Shown piece by piece: positions 24,701 to 39,300 of a stretch of DNA of 64,000 bases. Each line of letters begins with the position of its first letter. Position 1 is the first letter of the stretch. Below the pieces are notes generated by a model. It made no database searches. It was not told the origin of the DNA and saw nothing but the letters and a program-made list of their open reading frames with translations. Source of the stretch: Bugula neritina (lineage: Eukaryota > Animalia > Bryozoa); the NCBI GenBank assembly GCA_964035545.1, contig OZ037767.1, forward strand, positions 3,421,680-3,485,679, read 5' to 3'. Made by a program: the position numbers and the translations under genes.

Positions 24701-27562
24701 GCAGACCTTACATATTGTAATGAGTTAAACTAAAGATTTCAAAAGATTTCTGAAACACCTTTGAATTATCATAATTAAACACATTATGTTCATTACCATA
24801 TTGCTATACTAACTTATGAGTCATCATGCTTTGAAACCAAAGCTTTTTTTTAAATTAAATGCTTTGAATATGCATGCTAATAACTACTAAGAATTTTCAA
24901 CTAGCCAATTGGATAAAGCAGAGCACCTAACTTCATAGCATTTGAATACGCATCCTTTTATAATCTGCTACTGTTTAATCTAAATATTAAAATGATGTTC
25001 CTTGAGGCTAAATTAATGTCTTAAAGGCCAAATTGACTAATATTTTTGGTTGCAGGTCTCTCACTAAATTAAAGGTTTGTTGCAACTACGTAGGGAATAC
25101 TATATGATCTTCAGCTATGTTTAGGATTACATAATTATTGCTCAGTAGCTATAAAGCAATAAAAGTGAAGAAGATAAGAAAGAAATATCCCATTTGATAG
25201 GCACTTTTGTAGCCATTAACATTTTAAATTACAAATACAGTTCTCTAAAGAGTATAACTTATCGTACAGCCTATTCACCCTCTTCAAGTGCTACTTTAAC
25301 AAGCAATTCTGCCACTTTAGATGCTAATTATAGGCTTTTTATAATCTTGAGTTATGCAATTAAATTGTCATAATTTAATTTTATTATGCAAAAGATGAAA
25401 TATGGTAATTCCAACACATTTAACTCACAATGAATGCTAAGACATAAAAACGTCTTTAATTTAAGTATTATGATAATATCAACGTGCTAATAGCTGAAAT
25501 ATGCAAATGATTTTATCTGAGATACCAACAGAAAGTTAATCATTCTGAAAGTGAGGTCTTGTAAGTTATACATAAGTTGTGTACAGCTGTTGATGTCTGT
25601 TTAAATGGAAGCTGATTTAAAAATCAATTCTAAAGTCAGTTAAAAGTTAACTAAACAAATCATTTATAACCCGTATTGTATTACAGTCAAAGTAAAACAA
25701 CTGCAGCAGCATTACTAAAGAACTTATAGATTGACCATAGCCTATCCGCAAGCAGCATATATATCTACAATATGAAGTAAATATGAGTTTTCACTAAAAT
25801 TTGAACTATGAAATTTGACCTAGCTAAAATTTCCTTTTACGTACATGTTCATTTAGCTAGCTCTGAACATTTACACAGGTTTTAAATAATTAGTGAATTC
25901 ATAGAGCATTTGAACACAGAATAAAATTGTATTTTCTGTTTGGAAAATTTGCTGTTTGCTTTCACAATACTTTATTACAAGTTACAACATATTACGTAAT
26001 ATAATGACATACAAAAATTCCCATAAAAATTCAACAAGTTCTTTTTCATAGCTTAAAATTGCAAAAGCTAATTCACCTTTGGCTGTTTATGCTGCTATTA
26101 TTGTTTTGCCACATGTTACGCAGACACCCATTTCTAAAGCATTTCGTCAGTACGAGACAACTCCAACAGCAAGTGATAGATTTTTCCTGCTTTGACTAAT
26201 TTTCAATAAGGTGGTAAATTTAAATAGTTTTAGTTTTGGCAATAAATTAGAGAACACAAAAATCTGATTTAGGAATCACTTTGATGCAAATAGCTATTGC
26301 AGTATTAACGTTCACATTTTTTTTTAAACCAAGAAACTAATTTTAGCCAATATACTGTTGAGGTAACATTAGAAAGCCTACATTTTTGCTGCCTGTAAAA
26401 TAATCATAAACTCTAGGTAAATTTGGATTACTTGTGTTGCAAACTTTCATTATACCTGACTAAGAATTATAGTGAGAAATGCAAATTCCTGATAGTATAA
26501 GTATGCTATTATATACATGTAGTATCTTGTATAGTCACAATTATGCTTTCATTTAAATATTACATAACTTTATGTTGCTTGGGCCACCCATTAGATGTTT
26601 TATCTACTCCTAAATTCGTGTACTGAAAGCCTTTTTTGAAAATAAAATACATCCTAGTGGTAATGACAGCACAGCATACAAAGTTAGGTTTTGGAAAGCT
26701 TCAATTTAGAAGTTGCCTTCCCTCCATGAACTTGTCAGCTAAGATAGTATGAAACAGCAGACTTATATCAGCCATTGAAGTCGTGAGAAGAAATTTGAAA
26801 CTGGGAAAATTTAATATTCCCAGAAAATTGAAAAGTTATTTGTTTACATTCTCCGCTGCAATTTTGTTAATGAAGTACAAACTACAACAACTATATTCAA
26901 CAATTGAGCTTGCATTCCTGGGGTATCCATTAAAAAGATGACCTCTTAATAAAATATAATCTGTAACTTTTCTTGCATACTATATACAAGTATATTATAC
27001 TAATAGTACTATTACCAGGCATTTTCCCATCTAGCTCTCCACATCTGCTTGGACTGCATGTGTTGTCTCTCAGGTTTATGCAAATATTCCGGTTGACATT
27101 CATTGTTCTGCAACCAAAACAGTTTTAAAATTTTTATTCTATAAATTGGTGATTTGCATTTTGCACTAGCAAGTTGGTGTGAATAAATGCGGCACTTTTT
27201 GGTTACATAACTTGAAGCAAAATATTGATACAACTTACATGCTGTAATCAAAAGTCAGGCACCAACAATAATTGTTTGTGGTCAAAATGTTTGTTGATAT
27301 GCTGGTGTATAGCTTTTATGTCTTCGTAATTAACAGCTACCCTGCAGAGGAATGGACAATAAATCCTCATTAAATTACACCTAAAGTTCTAGTTGACAAG
27401 CGTTTAAGCTTTACAGTAATGTATGTACGTTATTGAATCATAACTGATATAAGAGGTTTATTGCATTAGTCTAAGTGCATTGGCCAGTCAATGCAGTATG
27501 CGTACAGTTGTGCAGTGCTCTTAGCTCTCTCCTTCATAATTCTACAACTGTACATATTTCAG

Positions 27563-27628
27563 GAGATAGACAGCGTCACCACCGCTTTGTGTGCACCAGA
27601 ATAAGGACTTGGTGAAAAACAATTTCAG
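27563..27628 (+). other. Candidate non-coding (5'UTR) exon, probably of the SEC14-like gene
   Basis: tatttcag| ... aatttcag|gtaagt gives strong splice sites on both sides; stops occur in all three frames. Confidence 0.4.
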
Positions 27629-29400
27629 GTAAGTTGCAGTTAAACTAAGTAAACTATGAATAAACCTAAACTTCTAGCAAAATGAGTACCATTGTACCAA
27701 TGCATACACATATAAATATATTTTGTTGTGTATAAATCTCCCTTTATATTATAATTAATATTTATATTCAGAATTTAAAATCTGAAAAGTTGCCTGGTGT
27801 TAACACCATGAAATTTTCCAGGTTTTTGAAAGTACCTTTAGGCTATAAGCATTGAAAAAGAGAATCTATAAACTTAGAGCAATGCTGTACAGGTACTGCA
27901 GATAGGTGTAAGAAATAACAGCAACCATGATTGATTTAAATCATTCTCACTTTAATTAAGTTTATATGCCCGATATTTGCTGAAATAAATTCATAGCTAA
28001 AAAGCTACGATCTCTTTTGCACCTTCTTGCGTTGCATCTAGGTGTAATAAAAGAGTTTTTCTGTAGCCTAAGTTCTTTAGGCTTTAGGTTTTGGCTAAGG
28101 CATAAAAGTAAAACCCTACCCTTCAAACATCCAAGTGCAATAATTGAAAATAGTGTTTGCAGTTTAATATTTTAATATTATATTTTAGGTAGAATTCTAC
28201 TTATAATTAAATATTATTTTATATCTAATTAACTATCATCAGCTATAACAGAGTAGTAGAAATATGTGTAACCTCCATTTATAGAAGCATTTGTAGGACG
28301 TCAACACTAATGATGAATTTACTGTATGTAAAAGTAATTAATTTAAAATAACACAATGGGATATGAATTCATAGTTTCATAAATAGAACATCAGCACTTG
28401 ATGTGATAAGCCTTTGGACCATTATATTTCCCATCTACATGTATAACAGTAACTAACCAATAAAGTGCTAGTGTTATACTTTACTGACTACTAAGGAAAC
28501 ACTATACCTTTCATAGTTTCATAAAGCAGTAACATAAATATACCATTACTAGGTAAACATTCTTGGAATCCTATTTGATACGCTTGTGACTGCACTTAGC
28601 ATCATTCCTCGTAGTTGTATTACATGAAACTGAGTGGCAATAACGTGCCCTACTTTAATATAGTCCAGTAGCTTTATCTGCAGGTGAAAACCTGTCTGCT
28701 TCAAAAATCTCCTGCTGAGTGTTTATAGTTTATGGCAAGACTTCTGCACTTGCAACCTAAAGTAATAATCAAACTACAGCGATTGGTATAAAAGCTAATG
28801 GCAGGTAAGGCATTCTGGGAAAAAGTAGTTGCACCACATGATGCCGTTGGCCATGTATGAAATATACTTCTCTCGAAAGGCAAACTATTCATCAGTTAAA
28901 TAAGATATAATCAGGGGTAGTTAAATATGGTGCAACTCAATGCCTCCGTGGGATATGAACACAGCTTTATTAAATGGTGCGGTTTGAATTTAATGTCCAA
29001 GGGCTAAAGTGGAAGCTTCTTTCACGAGAAAGCGTAATATCTTTTGCTCATATTTAAATATTCAATCAAGTGTTTGCGAGAAATTGAACTGATTTTGTAA
29101 AAAACTGCTATAAGCTGATTAAACTATTGCGTTCTTTTGTTGCCCATAAATCAAGATTTAGAGGCCATTGCTATATAATGATGTCTTATTGATAGCAGCG
29201 CAAGAGCTCATTGCTTAAAATTTAGGAGCTACCTATTTATACACCATACAACCATTTCCCCAAGTCTAATTACTCTATAAAGTGTAAACAAAGCAGTGCA
29301 GGATTCCTGGCTACACCTTGTTTAGACTGTATGAGTTCCTTGTGGTAGTTGTTTTCATGAGAATGTTTAGAGACAACGTTATTGTAGATGCTGTAGGAGG

Positions 29401-30212
<812 letters not shown>

Positions 30213-33200
30213 GCATGTATCTAGTAGCAACTGTTATAGTCATGACTATCTGTCAAAATACCATTAGCATGAATCATACGTTATATTGTTGTATTATTGG
30301 TTGCATTGAGCTGTGAGAAATTGAAAAGGAAAATATCCCTTAGCAAAGCAAACACCCCTTCATTTGTTCTGCTACCTCAATTCATTCAACTTTTGATTGT
30401 TGGGAAACTGTTCTGATGATTTTTGTATTCTATTATCCTTGCTGATTTCTGAAAAGTGGTCAGAGTTAAAAGTTAGCCAAATCGAAGTTCCTCAATAGAT
30501 AAGGCTCAATGAATCGATGGAATTCAATAAATAATCTTGTTTTTGTAACCATGGAAACATATTGGAATAAATTGCTCATAGTAGAGCTCTATAAAAAGTG
30601 TTGCACATACGCTTAAGTATGATAACTGGATCTTATAGTCTTTTATCTCTCAATGTTTGCCAAGTTCAAGATAAAAGTTTGGCAAGATGAAACGTTATAA
30701 GTTTAAGTAAACCTTGTTAACATGTAGGAATATGTTTGATGATGGCGCAGTACACCTGATTCCTCACGTATACTAGATAACTATGATTTAATATAATGTA
30801 TGCTGTACTTCCACTATAGCTCTATAGCTAGGACTGCATTTTTTATAGGGTGGAGAAAATGGGTTGTTAAGGGGGAAAAAGAAAAAATATTCTTGAGATA
30901 AGTGGATCGATGGGGTTGTTTAGAGGGGTAAAAAGGGGGTTATTGGGAAGGGTGGAGAAATGGGTTGTTAAAAAAGGCTGCTAAGAAAAACAAGCTTGTG
31001 AACAGTAAAGACCTTAGAGAATATTAACCTTTGATTCATGTGAAAAGTAGTTACATTTGAGGGAAAGATGATTCCTAAATGGCTGAAGAGTGTGACATCA
31101 GCCAATACCAATCCTCATCAGGGCTATATTATCATATCATATTTTAAGCAACACCTTTATTGGGTAATAAGCAAACAAGCATATCAGTTGAAACCGTCCT
31201 TGTGAGGGGAGTGAAGGGGATGGATTAAATTCTGCTTTTTATGTTGTTATGTTATGTTAGAACCTAAGGCGTCTAAACAGCTCAATGTAGCCTAAGAACA
31301 TCATATTCAACCAAATTTTTCTACCAGTTTTTAGATTAAAACCATAAAATTAAAACTTAGAACTTTATGTTTCAATGGCTTCAACCATCACTGCAATATT
31401 TAACTTGAGCTTCTAATAAGCAGTAGTTTAACAGCCAAGATTTTCAGTATGTGTTCACTACTACAATAGAAAGGATGCTGAGTGTGACATGCCGTATTCA
31501 ATGACTTAATGGTTTGCATTGTGTAGAATACATGTTCTCCAATAACAGCCTTACTTGTCAGTATATTTGTATAAGACACTGGCTACTGAGGCTTTACACA
31601 AGTTAAACAAAGCTGTATTTGCTCTCCGCTCTTATCACATCTGTGACTCACTCACTCCAGACGAGCTCTTGTTTATCATTGAGGATGTATTTAGTGGTGT
31701 TGGATTGCTAGTATCACAGTGTCTTCAGAGCTATCTCTGTCTAGTATTCTCACCTACAGCACCTCGTCTGTAAGATTAGTTTACCTTCCAGGTCTTGGAG
31801 GAGGTTGAAATGAGAGCCGTCTCCAGTAAATCTCATTAATATTTGTGGTGAGTCACAGCTGCCAAACCATTAAGGTTTGTTTATCCAAGCTTTATTGGAG
31901 CATTTATTAATAGCTGCAGTAATTCAATTAACTACAGCAAAGTTCCTGCTAGAGTTACACAGGAGAATTCAGTCTTAGTCTATCTTATTCGTACACGTTT
32001 CTCTAAAATGAAGTTGTTCGTAGACTATACCCGTTTTTAAAAAAAGTCTCAAATACTTTGTTGATATTGGAAAGAAAGTTATAATTAACGCTCAAAATTG
32101 TTCAATTGATATCCAGGCATAAACTTAATTAATCAGATTTGAAAACAAGATTTTGGGATGGAGGTTACACCTTCATCTTGGTTTTTTGCCTGAAGGTCAA
32201 ACTAATAGTATATATTTGTTGGACATTCTAACAACTTTTTTAAACTGAAAGTCTAATTCTCACATTTCTTATAGAATGCAATACTGCATTCTCAACTTTG
32301 CTTTGATAACTTATACATGAGTATTTATTTCGATAAATATTCAGTAGGCGTATGCATAATTCAATTTCAACTGAAATATTGGTTATGTATATTAATTCCC
32401 TCAACTTCCTTATATTAGTTTCAACATTATAAAAACTGCATATCATGGCATCATCGAGTTATAAAAGCAACAAAGTAAGGGACTAGTGCTATAGATTTAA
32501 TGTAGATAATGAGTAGGTTACTCAGTTAGTTTGGAATTCTAAATACATGTGCCTTCTTTGGTCTGACAACTCCAATATACATGATACCGGGCTAAAACTG
32601 GAAACTTGCCAAAATTTGTTATTAAGAAATTCAATTCTGCAACCCTTTTTTACTTGAATTATAAAATTCAAATTGAGAGTTGAGTAGAGCTTTAATTCAA
32701 GGGAAGACCACTTTTTATTATTCAAACTCATCAAGTTAGCACTTTTCTTTGTGAAGTTTGCAGCTATGATGGTGACAACAACAGACAGTTTTATACCAGA
32801 ACACTATTTAAATATGTTCTAATTGTAACGTGTTGCTCAGTTCAAACTACAGCAAAAGGTGAGAATTTCTCACTTTCATTGCGTCACAGCTATCTGATTT
32901 TAGACCAGTGTATGTTGGATTAAATTCAGCTGGAGGTGTACGTCAAGACCTTTGGATGCTTAAATATTATTCTATTCTGGCCAGGCAGCAGACGAATGAC
33001 TGCCTCTTTAGATAAGTCAGCAGTTGCAGTTGTTTTCTGTGAAAATATTGAATTTGAACAGCACAGCTTTTGAGGTATTTGCTATCTAAACACCAAGAGC
33101 CCAACACTTCATACCTTATCTCCTTCTTTTATTTTTCTAACATTTTTGCAATCCCGTACTTTGAACATTCATTAGCTATGCACTAGTTGTAGCCAAAACC

Positions 33201-36200
33201 TCTTAAACGATGACATCAGTTACAGGAGTTTTGTCTATTTTCTGCAAACAGTAGATGCTATAAAATATAGTTTAATTGTAACTGACTCTCGCCAAAGAAG
33301 GCTTTGAAATTCTATTTTCCTTTCTTTAGTCCCGGTAATTGGCAGTAAGACTGTTTGATCCAGGCTACGCAGGTAGACAGGAAATTATTAGAATATTGCT
33401 GCTTATAAATTGTTTGGCCAAAATGGCATCAGGCTAACATTAGGTACAAACAAAGATGTTTATACTAAACATATAAACCAACTGGTGTCTAATGGCATGA
33501 GAATGTATATTACACTAAATGCTGATGCATGGTAAAGTTTAGATCTCTTCTTTTGGCTACTCTAATGGCTAGGAGAATATTCTAGATCTTGTAGAAATTG
33601 CAGACATATCAGGTTCTGTCAACATCCAGGTGTTTTGCTGACACTGATTATGTCTATTTCGCCACTGTATTACAACTATTTGTTGGGAATGCTATTAAGG
33701 GCTTTTTGGAAAGATATAAGTGATAAAACTTAAGCCAGTCAACTCACCTCTACCTTCGACTTTTTTCAGCTACTAGATTTATCTTTCACCTCTCAGACAT
33801 TTGATTATAAAATAGTTTGCAGATTAAGTCAAGCCTAAATAATTGGGGGAAGGAAAATGTAACTCTTAATGTTTGTTTTGGCCAGTTAAGTTTTAAGGTC
33901 AAGGGTCAAGTTTATATACTAATGGAAATTTTAGGACCACAGATTTCATATTTTGGTGAACAATTTAATATACTCGTAGCACTTCTACCACATATTGGAT
34001 GTTAAATATCTCCTGAGTTTTCTACAGTTTTGCAGCATTGGGGAGGAGGTGGTGTTGTAATTATTACAAAACTATTAAATAGCTGTGAGCCACACCGAAT
34101 CCATTATAATATTGACAAGGCATGTGGGCTTCATTATTCCAAAGAGTTGATTGGCTAAGTGACACTCGCTAATTATTTAATTGAACTTTGCCACAACACA
34201 GCTGGATGGTTTGATCAATTCGACATAACATCGCAACTTGTAGTTAGCAGAGAGAGCTGGTTGCTATCAGACACGCATACGTTTTAATTTGCTTATCAGC
34301 TATACAACTGGCAGCGCTTCAGTCTGTAATCTTGCTTTAGTACCATGACCGGACACATATTTGGTAGAGAGAGGTTAGTTTTATTACTGTTAGAGTTTAT
34401 TATACTTATAGACGTGACTATCTACAAAATCAAATAAAAAGAGTTTTTTATAAGCTCAGCTCAGCTGTTACATAAACGTGCTTTTACAGTTATAGCTTTT
34501 AAACTTTCACTGTTATTTGTACTAGTCCTATTGTTTTTACTTTATTTTTACACATCAAGTATTATATTATATTAATTATAAGTCATTACTTTTGAGCCTC
34601 TAATCTATTTTGATTTAAAAATTCAAAAGTGCAAACTTTAGCATATAGCTTTGCTAACTTTATAACTTTCGTCTGCAGTAAATTGTAGAATGTCAATGCT
34701 AGGCCGGCATTCATTCTACTAAGAGTTAACCAAACAGCTACGTTGCATAGTTTTCAAGTGGGCAGCTTTTTTAAGAACTGGAACAAAGTGTGCTGTTTCT
34801 ATGCCACTTGTCCTTGAATTTGTATAACTGTACATGTTTGTATAAACAGAGGGAAATGGGTTAAACAATACATGAATGAAAAGTAGGCCATCCTACACCC
34901 CAACTCTATTTTTCTCACAACTTTTACCTAGCAATCAAATTCTTATCAGACATTGCTGAATGAAAACAAGACTTATCTCTACTTTGCACCAATTAAATGT
35001 ACCATCCAAATTTTCGTTACTCTTCAACATAGCACATAACAAGAATATTTTTCCTACAGCTGCGAGTATCATAAATAATTGACAATACAATAAATCAAGC
35101 CACAAGAAATAATTTAATTGAAAGTTGAGATGGATTGTCAAGTTGGTGATAGATGACTCCACTTTTTCATTTTTTTGCAAAGTAGCTGTGCGAATGGCAG
35201 AACAAAGCCTGAGAATGTATTAGCAACTCTTTATTAGTCTGTATATAGTTCTAAAGGGGTTGACTTTAACAGAATTTCAAGTTAATTATATCTTTACTTT
35301 GATTGCTAATCTATAGCATAGCTGAAAAATTCAGCAAATAGTTGCGGTCACTTAGTGTGGCTTGATAAATGCGAAGTAACTGATGCTTTGTGGTTTGGCT
35401 ATCTAGCAGTAATAGCGAGTAGATGTATATCCCATTAGTTACTGACTTATCACTTCTGATTAGAAGGTAAAAGCTATATTTTAAGCTGCATGCTGTTAGA
35501 TAGTTTGAATGGCTCCCTCATCATCCAAACATCAAATCAACTTATAAGCCGAATACAGAGTTTTTCCCCACAAGTAGAAAAACAGGCCGTGCGAATTGTC
35601 TAGCAACAAAACAATGTCTGTTGCTGAAACTATTTTTAGTTCAACAGTTTATCAGAATGATTTACCTCTCAACTGATTACTTTTATTGTTTCCTTTATAG
35701 ATAAAGAATTATTTTTATCACAAATATATTTTATCGAAAGACTAAACTTGAATATCGTCATTTTAAAAATAAAATGCTGTATTTTAAATTGAAGTAATTA
35801 ATCTGTTTTGTTGCAACTTGTTATCTAGTTTGTATGCTATAGTTAGAATTACAAGGAGCTGTTGATGCATCAATGAGTGCAAAAAATAGAGTCATTTTGT
35901 GATTTACACATAACATTATGTTTTACTTATAATTATTTTATCTATTCTATTCTGATGTTGAGTCAATCGACAACTTTTATCTCGTCTCCACATGAGGGTA
36001 TCACAACTGCCAAGTGCTGTCGTCTGATCATATTACAGGCTCATGCGCATTCATTCAATTGACATGAATTTTAGATCAATAATTAAACATGCAAATTAAG
36101 TAAATTTAATGCATACTTCGTATTTTCCATAAATTATTGTTGTCAAAATTTGTCACCCAGATACTAAGCTGTAAACTTATCAATCTCGCTGTCAACGGCT

Positions 36201-36325
36201 GTGAAAAAACTTGACTAAAATCTTATCTGACAAGCTTTTTCTGCATGAGTTGACCTAGTTGCTGTAATTTTAGAGAACCAAAGGCCAGCGGAAGTGGCAA
36301 AAGAAGTAAAAGAGGGATAGTCAAT

Positions 36326-39300
36326 ATGGAGTACGATCTTACTGCACGGCAGAAGGAAATTCTAGAAAAGGTGAGTCAGTTTGCTGTCTTTTTACCTTGA
36401 CGATGGAGGTGAAGGCCAAATTTGGACATAGTTGAAGCATTTGTCAATTGTGGCAGTCATGAAGTCACTGCAAAATAATTTAGCCATGGCTAGTTGGATG
36501 AAAAAGTAAAAACTAGCTTACATGACTCCTTGTAACTTTTGCATTGATTAGTCAGCACCTGTGAACAAGAGAAAGCAACTCCTTTTACTGAATAAATAGT
36601 ATGCGTTATCCACAAGTGTTAAAATAAGTTTGAGTAGGTTTGCCCAACACTAACTTTGACAGGAAAACAAGTAATGTGAACTGATAGGTTTAGCTGTTTT
36701 GGGAATAGGAAATTAATGCAGGCCAAATACATGTAAAATATTATACTGATAAGTATGTAGCTACTTGGTTCTATAGAAAAGCATTATTCCAGATCCATAG
36801 ACCAGAATGCTTAGCTGACCCTATTAGAGGCAGCATAATACATTCAGTGTAGTGCAAGCCATTAATGACATGGTTTTTATTTCTGTATTTCAGTTTACTG
36901 AGCGTGTAGCAGATATAAGCAAAAGTGACTGGGACAGCCATTATTTAACCAAATGGCTGTATGGTGAGTATACTTTGCATTTATATCTTCTTCCAAAATA
37001 TCCTCAATAAAATCGAAGGCTTGAGAGAATTAAAAAATTAAAGAAAATATTGGAAACTTCTAATTAAAAGTAGTGTATTTCAAAGTTGAATACTGATAAA
37101 CTAGTGCACAGGCGTATGAAAGTTATTTTATTTGACTTTTACAAATCAATGTATACTTATAGCTTGATGAATGTTGTTCTCACATTTGCCTGTCTGCATG
37201 TCTAGCATCATCGTCATTAAGTATTTAGAGTAAGAATGTAATATGCTGGCTGTAATTATGTTGACCAAATGAGTAGCAATTAGAACTCACCGGGCTAAGT
37301 AAAAGGTGTAATAAAAACATGTTTTAATGCTGATGTTGAGTGTTATAAATGTCAAACTATACTACACTTCTCTGTCATCAGCTTGCCTCAGCCTCTAATC
37401 AATACTCTACATTGATGTCTAACACTTTATGCAAATATTTGTTTACAGCAAGGAACTTTGACATCGTAAAAGCAGAAGAAATGCTTAGGGCTGTGAGTAT
37501 ACTATATATAATAAATATTAAAAAATTCCTGACACAATTCAATGAAGCATGTCTTTCAGCGTCTGCGAAATGATTGTGGATGCTGCTTTGTTAAATAGAG
37601 ATATTTACTCGTATGAACACCTTGTTTAGCCGTTTATTTTATGTTTTCTAGAACTGAACTAGCTATATTATGTCAATTTGTTGCATCTAGAGTGTAAAGT
37701 ACAGAGAGAAAATGCGAATCGATCATATCTTAGAAGAATATGAAGTACCAGAGGTTCTAGGGAAGTATCTCATTGGTGGAATGTGTGGAAGAGACAAAGA
37801 AGGTCTACCAATCAGAATAGAGCCTTTCGGTAAGAAATAAATGATGGATCCAGCCATCCGCATTCTGTTTAAACTCTCAGCTAATGTTCTTTGAAAGTGT
37901 TTTTCAAGCAAACCGATGCAGGTTTTAATTTTATGCCACTACAGACCCTTTTGCGACAATCTATTATTGAGTAACATTTTCCCTCTTCTATAGCAAAAGT
38001 AGAAATGTTTTTATTTTAACCTAAAATAAACATGAAAACAGCACCAGTTAATAATTTCTGGAGGGATGTCAAAAGTGATAGATAGCCATACAATCATACG
38101 CCAGCTATGTGGGTTTGTCATGGGAATAGTATTCATCATTATGTAAATAAAATTTATTTTTGGCTGTTGCTCAATAAATTGTTAAACTCAGATGAGATAT
38201 TTTCCGACCAAACTAAAAAGAGTTGGCAGAACATGCTTTGTACTCTTGTTTGGCAATTTTTTAATAAAATATGTTCTCATTGTTCATTGTTATTTTTGAC
38301 TGAAATTTAAATGATCATAACATTTTTTATATTATTATAAAACTCCTATCTATAAAATGCAAAAAATAAGGTACCCTGACATATACATAATATTGACAAA
38401 AAAAGCCAGAAATTTCACAATCTTGCTGAGATGAATCTAGAGCTCAAAAGTTGTAAAAGTTTCCATGAACTCTGTGAGATTGAAGTTACTGCATATCAGC
38501 ACATAGTCATCTTCCAGATCAACATCAGGGTATCTTTTGATCCGCCTTCTACCCTGGTAATTCTCACATGAAAGGCAGCATGTTTGCTGTATTAGATTCT
38601 TGCAACGTGGCATCATCGGCCATGGCACCTTTTGCTTTTGTAGTTTATGGATAAAAACATTTTTTGTTGCAAGAGCGTTTAGTTATTGATCGCAACGACA
38701 ACATTTATTGTGCAATGAAAACTATTACCCAGCAAGAATTTGTTTTTAAGAAGAAATTGCTCATCCAGATTAAAATTTTTATTGTTGGTTTTCTTTAGAA
38801 GAATTGCTATTTCAAAAACAGTTTTTCATTAGAGAAAATCAAAGTTTTTAAAATGAAATTTATTGAATTTCAAAGTAAGTTAGTTTATATGTTTGCTGTT
38901 CATTAAAGTTATAACAATGGCAAGTCATAGTTAACATTGACCTTGACATTGATGGTATTTCTTGTGTCTATCAGACAGACTCATGACCTACACAACAGCT
39001 TGTATGACCTGCTGCATCTACTGCACAAGGTCGTGCCTCTGTACCTATCACTGTGCTTACCTATAGACCTACTTATTTTCTTTGATTGGTGATAGAGAAG
39101 TTCGTTCTTATGACTCAATATGTTTCTATTTGCAGGCAACTTAGACATGAAAGGAATCATGAAATCGGTTAAAAAGACAGATTTAGAAAAGATTGCCATA
39201 AGGAACTGTGAACAGTTATTAAGAGAGTGCCAGTATCAGTCTAAAGTTGTAAGTAACACCGACCCCACTTTATCTTGCTTTTGAATATGAAGTGCAGATG

